64,000 nt of DNA from Nitrospirota bacterium. Its GTDB lineage: Bacteria; Nitrospirota; Nitrospiria; JACQBW01. Position 1 is the stretch's first letter. The number at the start of each line of letters is the position of its first letter. The stretch spans positions 34,442 to 98,441 of the forward strand of contig JACOTA010000018.1 of assembly GCA_016178585.1 (NCBI GenBank), read 5' to 3'. Positions 48,314-58,437 of the stretch are shown piece after piece. Under the pieces are notes generated by a model, which saw nothing but the letters and a program-made list of their open reading frames with translations, did no database searches and was not told the DNA's origin. Both the position numbers and the translations under genes were made by a program.

Positions 48314-49151
48314 TGGGAACGATATCCATGCTCAGATCCACCGCCGGAGCCGAATGGGTTAAAGCGCCGATTGAAATGTAGTCGACGCCTGCTTCGGCGA
48401 TGTCTTTAACATTATTGAGATTGACCCCCCCGGAAGCCTCAACCAGAGCCCGGTTTCCGATTAACGATACGGCCTCTTTAATTTTGGACGGGGTCATATT
48501 ATCCAGAAGAATGATGTCGGCGCCCTCTTCTATTGCGATTCTCGCTTCTTCTTTATTTTTAACCTCCACCTCAACCGGAGAATAAGGATTAGCCCCTGAT
48601 TTGAGGGCCCTCAGCGTCTTTTTTAATCCCCCTTTTAACGTAATATGGTTATCTTTAATCAAGATGGCGTCACCGAGGTGAAAACGGTGATTCATGCCTC
48701 CCCCTTGAGACACCGCGTATCGCTCCAGCAATCGGAGGCCGGGGGTGGTTTTTCGCGTATCGAGAATTTTTGCTTTGGTCCCTTTGACCTGTTTTACAAA
48801 TTTTGCGGTTAAAGTTGCGATTCCGGATAATCTTTGCAGAAAATTAAGCGCGACCCGTTCGCCCTTCAACAAAGTTCTTCCGTCTCCCAGAAGGGTGATA
48901 AAGATCTCTCCTTTTTTAACGCTGTTTCCATCCTGGTGGTGTATCGTGATTTGAATGCCGGGGTCTAAAAGAGTAAAGAGTTCCCTTGCAACCAGGGTCC
49001 CGGCCAGGACAACTTCTTCTCTTGGAAAAATCGTCCCTTTCGCCGGGAGAAATTCCGGGAACAAAGTCTGGGTCGTCACATCTCCCCATCCCAGGTCTTC
49101 TTTGAGGGCTTCTTTAAGGAGGTCTTGAATTTGAAGAGGGGATAAAATCAT
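48306..49151 (-). CDS. nadC: Nicotinate-nucleotide pyrophosphorylase (quinolinate phosphoribosyltransferase)
   Basis: Type II PRTase signature; ILDTRKTTPGLR; LLDNM. Confidence 0.85.
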   Translation of the reverse strand: MILSPLQIQDLLKEALKEDLGWGDVTTQTLFPEFLPAKGTIFPREEVVLAGTLVARELFTLLDPGIQITIHHQDGNSVKKGEIFITLLGDGRTLLKGERVALNFLQRLSGIATLTAKFVKQVKGTKAKILDTRKTTPGLRLLERYAVSQGGGMNHRFHLGDAILIKDNHITLKGGLKKTLRALKSGANPYSPVEVEVKNKEEARIAIEEGADIILLDNMTPSKIKEAVSLIGNRALVEASGGVNLNNVKDIAEAGVDYISIGALTHSAPAVDLSMDIVPNG

Positions 49152-49176
49152 TGAATGAGACCCAGGCGGTTCGGAT

Positions 49177-51864
49177 TTAGAAAAAGGATTTCAGTTTATG
49201 AATTTCTTCTGCAAGAAAAGTTTTTTTCTCTTCGAGCGCTTTTTTTCTGATTTCTTCTTCCTTAACCACTTTTTCAGGCGCGTTTTTAGCGAAATTCGGG
49301 TTGTCGAATTTTTTCGCTATTAGCGAAAGATCCAGTTGAATTTTTTCAATTTGTTTTTCCAACCGTTTGATTTCATCTTTCGGGTCAGAAATTCCGGTCA
49401 AATCGACATAAAGGGTTCCCAGATTGCATACGTACGTCGCGCAGTAAGCCGGCTTTTCAAGTTGAGAACTGATGAAAAGATGGGAAAGCCTGGCCAGTCT
49501 CTTGATGTAGGCTTCCTGCTCAGTCAATAGGGAAACCGCCTCCTCTTTTAGAACGAGGTAAGCGTTTAATTCCTTACCCGGAGGGATATTATTCTCTCCC
49601 CGGATGCTCCTTAGCCCTTTGATAATTTCCTTGAGATTTTCCATCAGTTTGTCGATCCCTTTGTCATCAGAAAGGGGCTCGGTTTGAGGATAGGAAAGGG
49701 TTAAAATACTTCTTTTCCCGGGAGAAAGAGAGGGCCAGATGGCTTCAGAAATAAAGGGCATAAAAGGGTGAAGTAAAAGGAGAATTTCTCGAAAGGCGCT
49801 GGCCATGATGTGCCGGGTTGATTCCGCTTCTGAATCAAATAAAATCGGTTTGATAAATTCGAGGTACCAGTCGCAGTATTCATGCCAGATGAAATGATAA
49901 AGGGCGTTTGCGGCTTCATCGAAACGAAATGTCTCAAGGGACTGATTGACTTGGCGAACACACTCGTTTAATTTGATTAAAATCCATTGATCCGGGAGGG
50001 TTTCAGGGGCCGGTTTTGAACCCGGAAGATCTTCTTCATTTTTTAAATTGAGTAAAATAAAGCGGGCGGCGTTCCAGATCTTGTTACAAAAGTTTCGGTA
50101 ACCGGCAAAACGCTCTTCATCGAGCAGGATGTCCCTTCCAGGGGCGGCCATTGAGGCGAGGGTGAACCTCAGGGCATCGGTCCCATACCGGTCCATTAAA
50201 GCGATCGGATCGATCACGTTGCCTTTGGATTTGCTCATTTTTTGCCCTTCCGCGTCCCGGACCAGGGCGTGAAAATAGACCGTTTTAAACGGGACTTCTC
50301 CCCTGAATTTAAGTCCCATCATGATCATTCGGGAAACCCAGAAAAAAATGATATCGAACCCCGTTGATAAGACAGAGGTCGGATAAAATTTTTTCAAATC
50401 CTCCGTCTGGTCTGGCCATCCTAAAGTTGAAAAGGGCCAGAGCGCGGATGAAAACCAGGTATCCAGCACATCAGGGTCCTGGATAAACGCCTTGCCCCGG
50501 CATTTTTTACAGGATTCCGGTTTTGCCGCGCTGACCACAGGATCAAGGGTTTTAAAAAGAAACGGGTTCCCCTTCTTTAATTCAGGATGGCACGCCAGGC
50601 AGTACCAGGCCGGAATTTGATGTCCCCACCAGAGCTGTCGGGAAATACACCAATCTTTAATGTTCTCCATCCAGGCAAAATAGGTGTTCTCCCAAAATTC
50701 GGGAATAAATTTAATGTCTCCCTTTCGAACGGCCTCAATGGCTGGGAGGGCGAGAGGCGAGATCCGGACAAACCATTGGCTGGAAAGATAAGGTTCTACA
50801 ACGGTGTGGCAACGCTGGCACTTTCCCACCGCGTGAAGATGTTTTTTGATGTCGATTAAATATCCATCCTCTTTTAATTTCTCAACCACTTTTTGTCGTG
50901 CCGTTGGGAAATCCATTCCGGCAAATTCACCGGTTCGCGCGTTCGAAATAATTTTTCCGGCGGGGGTAAGGATGTTTTCAAGAGGGAGGTGATGCTTAAC
51001 ACCCATTTCATAGTCGTTAAAATCATGGCCAGGCGTGACCTTTACGGCCCCGGATCCAAATTCCCGGTCAACGGCGGAGTCCGAGATGACAGGAATAGGG
51101 ATGTTGGCCAGGGGGAGGAGAACTTTTTTCCCGATAAAGGTTTGATAACGCGGGTCCTCCGGATGAACGGCCACGGCGGTGTCTCCCAGCAAGGTTTCTG
51201 GCCGGGTGGTTGCGACGGGAAGGCCCTGTGCCGGATCATCTGCTAACGGGTAATGAATGTAATAAAGGGCCCCCTCAGCCTCTTCATGAATCACTTCGAT
51301 ATCTGAAAGCGCCGTCTGGCACCGGATGCACCAATTAATAAGCCGCTCACTTCTGTAGATTAACCCTTCCTGAAACAGCCGGATAAATACCTCTTCGACC
51401 GACCGGGAAAGCCCTTCATCCATCGTAAACCGCTCCCGCGTCCAATCACAGGAACTGCCCAGTCTCTGGAGTTGTTGAATGATCGTTCTGCCGGAGTGTT
51501 CTTTCCATTCCCAGACTTTTCGAATAAACGCTTCCCGTCCGATATCCTCTTTTTTCTTTTTTTCTTTAGCCAATTGTTTTTCGACGATATTTTGGGTGGC
51601 GATCCCCGCATGGTCGGTCCCTGGGACCCATAAAACATTAAAACCCCGCATCCGCTTCCACCGGGCCAGGATATCCTGCAGGGTGTTGTTTAACGCATGC
51701 CCCATATGGAGAACGCCGGTAATGTTGGGGGGAGGGATCACCATGGAAAACGGGGGAGCCGAAGAGCGGACATCGGCATGAAATAAATCTTCGTCGAGCC
51801 ATTTCTGGTATTGCAGAGGTTCGATCTCTTTGAATTCGTAAGTTTTTGAAAGTTCTTTAAACAT
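49177..51864 (-). CDS. valS: Valine--tRNA ligase
   Basis: PPNITGVLHMGHAL; KMSKSKGN; C-terminal coiled coil. Confidence 0.95.
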   Translation of the reverse strand: MFKELSKTYEFKEIEPLQYQKWLDEDLFHADVRSSAPPFSMVIPPPNITGVLHMGHALNNTLQDILARWKRMRGFNVLWVPGTDHAGIATQNIVEKQLAKEKKKKEDIGREAFIRKVWEWKEHSGRTIIQQLQRLGSSCDWTRERFTMDEGLSRSVEEVFIRLFQEGLIYRSERLINWCIRCQTALSDIEVIHEEAEGALYYIHYPLADDPAQGLPVATTRPETLLGDTAVAVHPEDPRYQTFIGKKVLLPLANIPIPVISDSAVDREFGSGAVKVTPGHDFNDYEMGVKHHLPLENILTPAGKIISNARTGEFAGMDFPTARQKVVEKLKEDGYLIDIKKHLHAVGKCQRCHTVVEPYLSSQWFVRISPLALPAIEAVRKGDIKFIPEFWENTYFAWMENIKDWCISRQLWWGHQIPAWYCLACHPELKKGNPFLFKTLDPVVSAAKPESCKKCRGKAFIQDPDVLDTWFSSALWPFSTLGWPDQTEDLKKFYPTSVLSTGFDIIFFWVSRMIMMGLKFRGEVPFKTVYFHALVRDAEGQKMSKSKGNVIDPIALMDRYGTDALRFTLASMAAPGRDILLDEERFAGYRNFCNKIWNAARFILLNLKNEEDLPGSKPAPETLPDQWILIKLNECVRQVNQSLETFRFDEAANALYHFIWHEYCDWYLEFIKPILFDSEAESTRHIMASAFREILLLLHPFMPFISEAIWPSLSPGKRSILTLSYPQTEPLSDDKGIDKLMENLKEIIKGLRSIRGENNIPPGKELNAYLVLKEEAVSLLTEQEAYIKRLARLSHLFISSQLEKPAYCATYVCNLGTLYVDLTGISDPKDEIKRLEKQIEKIQLDLSLIAKKFDNPNFAKNAPEKVVKEEEIRKKALEEKKTFLAEEIHKLKSFF

Positions 51865-51938
51865 AAGAGAAAAATAGTAACAAAAACTCAGTCTGCCTGT
51901 AAAGAACGGAATTAAGCCCTAAAACATATATGGAAAGG

Positions 51939-52103
51939 TGTCATTGCGAGCCCTTCACCTGTCATTCTGAGGCGAAGCCGAAGAATCTCAGGTTTGTTCA
52001 GGACAGGCTCCGCGAAGCAATCTTGCCATCTTGAACCGAGATCGCCACGCACCCTACGGGTGCTCGCGATGACGGGCAAAACAAGGAGTTGCTGTTCACG
52101 GGT
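51939..52103. mobile_element. MITE locus (two overlapping family-A variants, including the GCCACGCACCCTACGGGTGCTCGCGATGAC type)
   Basis: TGTCATTGCGAGCCC...GTCATTCTGAGGCGAAGCCGAAGAATCT...CGAGATCGCCACGCACCCTACGGGTGCTCGCGATGACGGGCAAAACAAGG. Confidence 0.8.
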
Positions 52104-53866
52104 TAAGCCAAAAAAGGTAAAGGAGGGGAAATATGGCTGATTTTAGACTGGTTTTTGTACCACCTGAGCCATTTTTTTTCTTCCCGGGATAAAAGGGAGT
52201 GATCGATTAACCTTTCGTCGAGGGGAGAAAAGGTGAGCGGAGTCACCGTAAGCCAGTCGGGGTATTTTGGGTGATCAATGACGGTACAAAGGTTTTCTAT
52301 TCTGACGCCTCCAAACTCGGATAAATAAATTCCCGGTTCAATTGAAAAAACATGACCTTTTTCGAGGATAGAGTCGCCCTGGGAGCTGATTCTCGGCGGA
52401 GATTCATGGACATTGATTCCTACGCCATGTCCCGTTCCGTGATTGTAATTGTAACCCGCTTTCCATAAAGGAGCCCTGACAATGGCATCTAAAGCGGCAC
52501 CCGAGGTTCCTTTAGGAAAACCCGCGTCCATTCCGGCAATGGCTCCTTTTAAGACCGTGGTGAATATTTTTTTCTGTTCTTCCGTTCCCTTTGTTTTGGA
52601 ATCTCCGACCAAAAAAGTTCTGGTCAAATCGGTCGCGTATCCCCCTTCATAATAGGCTCCGGTATCAAGAAGCATGAGCTCTCCGTTGGAGATCATACGA
52701 TCCGGATCCGGATTGGAGTAGTGAATCACGGCCCCGTTTTTTCCGGCCGCGCTGATAATATGAAAAGAAAGAGAGAAGGCGCCGGATTGTTTAAAAAGTT
52801 TGGCGACTTTTTCAGCAAACCGGGTTTCGCTTATTTTCTCACCTGAAGAAGTTTTCCTGCAAAGCCAATGTTTTGCTTTATTGACCACCTGATCGGCCTT
52901 GGCGAAGGCCTTGATCATATGGGTCAATTCTTCAGGAGTTTTGTTGGCCTTCATCGTGGCAATGGGTGACGGAAGGGGAATCGTTTTAAAGGAGTGGGAA
53001 ACCAGGATCATCCGGATGGCTTCAGTGGTGGTAGAGGGATCGTACCCGACGGTGCGGTTTTTTTCACTGTTTTTAAGAATATTTTTCCAATCGTCGATGT
53101 CAATAAGGGTTAATTCTTTTAGTTCCGGATTTTCAGCCCGTTCAGGTTCAGGAAGGGCGACGTAACAACGATCGGAAGTCACCAGAACCAGGCTTTTAAA
53201 AGTTGCCTGGTAAGGTATTTCATTTCCCCGAAGGTTTGTCATATAGGCAATTTCATCGAGTGTTTGAACAAACCAGAGATCGATGCCGTTGAATGACATA
53301 AACTCCCGGAGCCGGGCAAGTTTTTGGGCCGCCGGGAATCCGGTTAAAGAAGGGGAAATTTTCCAAATCTTGCCGGTTTTTTCTTTGATGGGACCCCGTA
53401 CCTCTTCCACCAGAGACGGGGTCAACGGAACGGTTTCAATTTTTAATTTCTCAGCGCTCTTTTTGAGTCGATCAAAAGTTTCAATGCTGAAGCGATCCGG
53501 TTCGAATCCAATGCGGGCGGGTGTAGCCGGAAAAAGATCTTTAATTTTCTGGATAAGAGCCTTTTCAAGGGAGGTTCCTAACGGAACTTTTTCGATTTTA
53601 AAAATTTTTGGGTCCACCTGGTGTTCTGCCTGGAGATGATAACGCCCATCCACGAATAAGAAAGCGTCCCGCAAGGTGATGAAAAGGTCTCCCGCGCTTC
53701 CGGAAAATCCGGAAACCCAGACTCTTGTGCTTTCGCTCTCAGGAACATATTCATTCAGGAACCTGTCGGTGCCCCGAACAATCAAACCTGACAGGTTTTT
53801 TTCAGTCATTTTGTTTCGCACGAGGCGGACTCTGAGAGAATAGTCTGGTTTTTGATCTGTTTCCAA
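52103..53866 (-). CDS. pepP: Xaa-Pro aminopeptidase (M24B, aminopeptidase P family)
   Basis: M24 metal ligands ...DTGAYYEGGYATDLTRTF...HGTGHGVGINVHE...E..; N-terminal creatinase-like domain. Confidence 0.8.
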   Translation of the reverse strand: METDQKPDYSLRVRLVRNKMTEKNLSGLIVRGTDRFLNEYVPESESTRVWVSGFSGSAGDLFITLRDAFLFVDGRYHLQAEHQVDPKIFKIEKVPLGTSLEKALIQKIKDLFPATPARIGFEPDRFSIETFDRLKKSAEKLKIETVPLTPSLVEEVRGPIKEKTGKIWKISPSLTGFPAAQKLARLREFMSFNGIDLWFVQTLDEIAYMTNLRGNEIPYQATFKSLVLVTSDRCYVALPEPERAENPELKELTLIDIDDWKNILKNSEKNRTVGYDPSTTTEAIRMILVSHSFKTIPLPSPIATMKANKTPEELTHMIKAFAKADQVVNKAKHWLCRKTSSGEKISETRFAEKVAKLFKQSGAFSLSFHIISAAGKNGAVIHYSNPDPDRMISNGELMLLDTGAYYEGGYATDLTRTFLVGDSKTKGTEEQKKIFTTVLKGAIAGMDAGFPKGTSGAALDAIVRAPLWKAGYNYNHGTGHGVGINVHESPPRISSQGDSILEKGHVFSIEPGIYLSEFGGVRIENLCTVIDHPKYPDWLTVTPLTFSPLDERLIDHSLLSREEKKWLRWYKNQSKISHISPPLPFLA

Positions 53867-53960
53867 GAATACCCCTGTCTGGTATTTTTCGGTGATGGGT
53901 TTGAATCTATAGAATTTAAAGTTTAGAGTTTTAAGCCATAAAAATCAACTCACTTAAAAC

Positions 53961-54093
53961 GCCCAAGAGATAGAATGTGTCTTTGCGAGCCGAAGGCGAA
54001 GCAATCTCGTCTTTTAAACCCGAGATCGCCACGCACCCTACGGGTGCTCGCGATGACAGGAAAAAAATTATAAACTCTATCTCTGTCCTTGGC
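53961..54093. mobile_element. Complete MITE (variant CCCAAGAGATAG TIR; GCCACGCACCCTACGGGTGCTCGCGATGACAGG core)
   Basis: TIRs CCCAAGAGATAGA ... CTATCTCTGTCCTTGG. Confidence 0.8.
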
Positions 54094-54106
54094 AAACGAA
54101 TAACTT

Positions 54107-54251
54107 TACCCAAGAACAGCGATAGAAAGTTGTCATTGCGAGCGAAGCGAAGCAATCTCAAGATTTTACGATAAGATTGCCACGCACCCTTCGGTGCTCG
54201 CAATGACATGATTAATAAGTGGGTGCGAAGTCTATCGCTGTTCTTGGGCTT
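54107..54251. mobile_element. Complete MITE with TIRs (CCCAAGAACAGCGATAG ... CTATCGCTGTTCTTGGG)
   Basis: About 97% identical to 19145-19284. Confidence 0.85.
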
Positions 54252-54277
54252 TAAATGGAGATCGTTAAGGCGGGAAT

Positions 54278-55321
54278 TTACTCAAGTTCTTCCGTGATTT
54301 TTTTGATGGCTTCTTTAACCGACTTTTCCGCAATGAAAGGGACGACCTCCCAGATCACTTTTTCGACCATCGCGGCAATGGCTTCCTTTTTTAAGGCCTG
54401 TTCCGTTAGATGCGGGACCACTTCCCAGGCGACTTTTTCGATAATCTCCTGGGTTATTTTCGTCATGTCCGCCTCTTTTCCCCCGGAAGGGATGGAAATC
54501 GGGGAGACTTCTTCAAAATTTTTAACGGGTTCCTCGATAAAGGCAGACGTCTCAAAATTTGTTGTCGTTGCTTCGAAGTCGGTTGTTATCCCCGAGGTTT
54601 CCTGCAAAGTGTCCAATTGGGTATCGGCAGAAAATGGATTCACGGTGGTATCGGAAGGAGCGGATTCTTCCATAAGTTTGGTCAAACCTGTCCCTTCGGT
54701 TTCTTCGGGAGCAGGAGAGGAAATGACCTCGGAAAACGGAGAAACCTCATCAGCCGACCATCCCAAAAGATCCTCGATATTGACTGTTTCTTCTACAGAA
54801 GCCCGTTCGGTTTTTGCTTTACCAGAGTCCATAACCGTCTTTTCAAATACGGTTTGATCGAGATTAAAGGCTTCCTCAGGTTTTTCGATCATTTCGGATC
54901 TGACGGGACTCTCCAGGGGGGGAGATAAAACGGTGTCAGAAAAATTATCTGAAAATCTCGCGAGATAGGGTTTTAAGGATTCTTTGAGTTCTTTTTCATC
55001 GAAAGGCTTTTTAAGGAAGCCGACAACGCCGGATTGCCGAAGTTTTGCTTCGTCGTAACCGTCGTTTTGCTGGACTAACAAGAATATTGGAATATGAGAC
55101 AGGAAAGTCTTCTGCCTGATTCTGGCGCAAAAGCTGTATATCATCAACCCTTCCATTCGCATATCCGCGATAATCAAATCAGGTTTTATTTTATAGGCGA
55201 GATCCAGCCCGGAAAGCGCGTCTCTGACACAGGTCACTTCAAAATTTTGGGCGATGAGTGTATTTTCAATCGTTGTTTGGATGATAGGGTTTTGATCGAC
55301 GACCAAAATTTGAGCTGGCAT
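54278..55321 (-). CDS. Single-domain response regulator (REC) with long acidic linker and duplicated C-terminal amphipathic motif
   Basis: REC: ILVVDQNPII...DLIIADMRMEG...FLLV...KLRQSGVVGFLKKPF; C-terminal EKVAWEVVPHLTEQALKKEAIAAMVEKVIWEVVPFIAEKSVKEAIKKITEE; start trimmed to ATG 55321. Confidence 0.7.
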   Translation of the reverse strand: MPAQILVVDQNPIIQTTIENTLIAQNFEVTCVRDALSGLDLAYKIKPDLIIADMRMEGLMIYSFCARIRQKTFLSHIPIFLLVQQNDGYDEAKLRQSGVVGFLKKPFDEKELKESLKPYLARFSDNFSDTVLSPPLESPVRSEMIEKPEEAFNLDQTVFEKTVMDSGKAKTERASVEETVNIEDLLGWSADEVSPFSEVISSPAPEETEGTGLTKLMEESAPSDTTVNPFSADTQLDTLQETSGITTDFEATTTNFETSAFIEEPVKNFEEVSPISIPSGGKEADMTKITQEIIEKVAWEVVPHLTEQALKKEAIAAMVEKVIWEVVPFIAEKSVKEAIKKITEELE

Positions 55322-55478
55322 AACGAAAATTCTCCAATACAATACAAAAAAGCTACCACACAAAACACCCTTTGTCAATGCAGGTTTTCTGCATTTGAAG
55401 CGCAAAAAAAACCGGGAATTGAGTCATTCAATTCCCGGAATATCGCTGTCTGTATTTTTCTGGAGGTAAATAAAAACC

Positions 55479-58196
55479 TTATGGCAAAGCAAAAATACCC
55501 GCGGTGGCTAATGTATTATTGCTTTCATTGGTCTCCGCAATTACATTTCCTGAGTCAGCAACTCCAACGATATAATAATTTCCTGCGGGAACTCCCGCAG
55601 GGATGGTAAAGATCGTTGTGGCACTGTTCGTCGCCGAAGCTCCGGCCAGAACCGGGATGGTTCTGCTTCCCAGGAGAATTTTACTTGGACCGGGCGCCGG
55701 GGTTGTGGATAAATAAAACGAAGCTGTGAATGCTCCTGCCGCGATGTTTCCGATATTCTGTTCTGTGTCGCTTATATAGAATGAATTTCCAGAACGAATC
55801 GCAGATATTTGAAATCCGGTTAAATCTGGCCCAATGGTGTAAGTTGTCGTTGTGCAAAGGATATTGTTCGCTTCGTTTGTTTCGATCACGGTGTTTGCTG
55901 AATCACTAACTGCGCAGACATAATAAACCCCGACGGGTGTATTGGAGGGAATTGGGAATACGGTTGTCGCCGAGTTTGTCGCACTTCCGCCAGCCAGATT
56001 GGTTACATTACGTGTGCCTGTTGAATATCCGGATGCAGGGGAAGAGATCGTTTGAGTAAAGTAATAAGTCACTACAAACGTCCCGGACCCTTTATTTCCC
56101 AAATTCTGTTGAGTGTCGCTGATGTAGATGCTGGTTCCTGAAAGTGAGCCAGAAATCTGATAGGTAATCAGATCCGGTCCGATTGTGTAAGTGGTTGACG
56201 TGCAAAGATTATTATTAGTTTCATGGGTCTCCGTTAAGGCACCGCCTGAATCGGTCATTGCGCAGACATGGTAGGTTCCGGCCGGCGCGGTGATGGGGAT
56301 GGCGAAGATCGTTGTTGCGGAATTGGTCGCGCTTCCGCCTGCAAGACCGGACAGACTGCGGCTGCCTATCAAGGTATCAGTTGACGGGTTGGGCGTTGTT
56401 CCCGCCGTAAAGTAAAAAGAGACGGTGAAGGGGCCCGCCGATTCGTTTCCAATGTTTTGCTGGGTATCGCTGAGATAAATGTTCGTTCCTGAAATAGTTC
56501 CTGAGATCTGGTAATTAATCAGATCGGGACCAACCAAATAGGTTCCTGTTGTTACACCCGTATTGTTAGTTTCGTCGGTTTCGATAATTTTGTGTTGATA
56601 ATCAGCCAACGTTCCAACGTAATAATTTCCTGTTGGAATGTTGCTTAAAGTGATCACCGTTGTCGCAGAACTTGATCCATTGACCGCCAGATTAGAAGCA
56701 ATCCTTTTTCCAATGAGAATATCATTGCCTGATCCTGTAATAATCGCATCGGGAGAAAGGTACAAGCCCACATCCACTGATGGGAGGTTCACCTGGCCCG
56801 AATTAAATATCGTATCACTGACAAACATGCTGCTTCCGCTTAAAGTGGCAGACAGGAAATAAGCCTTGACATCGGCGTTGATCGGGCCGACCGTGCAATT
56901 CGCTGTTCCACTAATTGTCCCTGAGGAGGCCGTAATGGCGATCGGTCCGCCTACAGATATGCCCGTTGCAAGTCCAGTCGAATCGACGGCGCAAATGGCC
57001 GGATCACTCGACGTCCAGGTAAAGGTTACTCCGGTCATCAAGGACCCCAATTGGTCGATTCCGGTTGCCGTGTACTGCCGGGGCGGCCCCGTAATGGTGG
57101 CGCTGGCCGGACTCACCGTTATCGAGGTCAACACAGGACTCGCGATATAGAGTGTGGTGTTTGTAAAGGTGCCATCGCCATTTCCCAAAAGGATCTTGGG
57201 AGTCGGATTACCTCCCGGTGTCGAAGGCGCAATCGTGACAATCAAATCCGTTCTTCCGTCACCATTCACATCCCTTGCGGTTACGGAGGTCAGCGTTTCG
57301 GAGCCTCCGCCTGTTTTGGGTACGATGAACTGTTTCGCCGCTAATCCGTTACCCCCGGTTGTTGTGGCGAAACTTCCTGCCCTGTTTCCGTAGTAAACGG
57401 ACAAATAAGTTGACCCATTCGCCGCTTTATCAAGCACAACGATATCATCAAAGGCATCTGTATTGTTGTTAAAGTTTCCTGCCGCCACTCCTTGCGGGGC
57501 GTCAGGATCACTCATTGAAAATGCGGGAACGGGTGGGGCGCCTCCGACGAAACTTCCTCCGGCAGTCATGGGGTAAAGTTGAATTTTCTTTATAGCAGCT
57601 GAAGCGATGACAAGATCGGGCACAGCGTCGGCATCAAAAAGACCGGTGGTTTCAAAATCACCTCCGCCCGTTCCACCGCCTGCAGGGGTTGTGCCAACTC
57701 CCCCTCCGCTGGTAGCGTTGATGGTAATATGCCCGATCATGCCACTTGTTGAACCTGGATTAGCATGAAGCTGGCAGTAAAATTTACAGGGATTCCCTGC
57801 CGGAGTGGCGGCAGTGAAAGCGGGGCTGGTAAAAGTACCTGAAGATACAAAACCGGAATCAAAGTTTGCTCCACTTGAACATGGGCTGGCAGAAGAAATC
57901 CCATCCGTTGTGGTGACTGTGTGAGTAGTTCCCCCGTCATTCCATGTCCAGGCAATCGTGTCTCCTTGATTAATCGTGAGGTTATTTGTTCCGATATCAG
58001 AGGCATTTAGACTGCTCTGGGTAAAATATTGGGCACCTGGACCGATATTTACGTTCCAGTTTGCTCCCTTCACAGGGGGAGGAAGAATTCCAAAAACGAT
58101 GAGCAAAATTCCCAAACAGACCGTCCATTTCGTCACGGAGTTATTAGATTGGGAAATTAATCCGGTTAAACATCTTTTTTCTTTTTTCATTTTCAT
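55479..58196 (-). CDS. Large secreted protein (905 aa): N-terminal cupredoxin-like domain, FG-GAP repeats, Big_2-like domain, four tandem CARDB-like domains
   Basis: Signal/TM LGILLIVFGILPPPVKGA; putative T1Cu ligands H(TTHTV)...C-x2-H-x8-M (CQLHANPGSTSGM); DVNGDGRTDLIV; four repeats of 'GPDL..YQISG..SG.S.Y.SDTQQN.GN...G.F......'. Confidence 0.7.
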   Translation of the reverse strand: MKMKKEKRCLTGLISQSNNSVTKWTVCLGILLIVFGILPPPVKGANWNVNIGPGAQYFTQSSLNASDIGTNNLTINQGDTIAWTWNDGGTTHTVTTTDGISSASPCSSGANFDSGFVSSGTFTSPAFTAATPAGNPCKFYCQLHANPGSTSGMIGHITINATSGGGVGTTPAGGGTGGGDFETTGLFDADAVPDLVIASAAIKKIQLYPMTAGGSFVGGAPPVPAFSMSDPDAPQGVAAGNFNNNTDAFDDIVVLDKAANGSTYLSVYYGNRAGSFATTTGGNGLAAKQFIVPKTGGGSETLTSVTARDVNGDGRTDLIVTIAPSTPGGNPTPKILLGNGDGTFTNTTLYIASPVLTSITVSPASATITGPPRQYTATGIDQLGSLMTGVTFTWTSSDPAICAVDSTGLATGISVGGPIAITASSGTISGTANCTVGPINADVKAYFLSATLSGSSMFVSDTIFNSGQVNLPSVDVGLYLSPDAIITGSGNDILIGKRIASNLAVNGSSSATTVITLSNIPTGNYYVGTLADYQHKIIETDETNNTGVTTGTYLVGPDLINYQISGTISGTNIYLSDTQQNIGNESAGPFTVSFYFTAGTTPNPSTDTLIGSRSLSGLAGGSATNSATTIFAIPITAPAGTYHVCAMTDSGGALTETHETNNNLCTSTTYTIGPDLITYQISGSLSGTSIYISDTQQNLGNKGSGTFVVTYYFTQTISSPASGYSTGTRNVTNLAGGSATNSATTVFPIPSNTPVGVYYVCAVSDSANTVIETNEANNILCTTTTYTIGPDLTGFQISAIRSGNSFYISDTEQNIGNIAAGAFTASFYLSTTPAPGPSKILLGSRTIPVLAGASATNSATTIFTIPAGVPAGNYYIVGVADSGNVIAETNESNNTLATAGIFALP

Positions 58197-58320
58197 CTAC
58201 CCCCCTGGTGAGTGTTTCCCTGAGTAATCGTTCCGGGTGTCACGTTTAAACCTTCAATAGAGTGTATTTATTCCATACTTTTCCTTTAAACCTAAAAACG
58301 GCAGTTGAATATTATATTTG

Positions 58321-58390
58321 ATGGTCTCGTTAAAAAGGCGTCATTCCCGCTAAACTTGTCCCCGTATGCTTTTAGCGGGGAGCGGGAATC
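58321..58390. repeat. Repeat family D copy (ATGGTCTCGTTAAAAAGGCGTCATTCCCGC...GCGGGGAGCGGGAATC)
   Basis: Matches 15244-15285. Confidence 0.7.
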
Positions 58391-58397
58391 CAAAGGG

Positions 58398-58437
58398 AAT
58401 CACAAAGCTTGCTCGCGAGCGGGTCCGTAGCGAGACG
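58398..58437 (-). repeat. Repeat family C copy (inverse)
   Basis: CACAAAGCTTGCTCGCGAGCGGGTCCGTAGCGAGACG. Confidence 0.7.

Noticed and set aside
54255-54928. 200-aa and 172-aa plus-strand ORFs
   Set aside because: They are antisense to the response-regulator gene, which has a clear REC domain, and are low-complexity Ser/Thr-rich.
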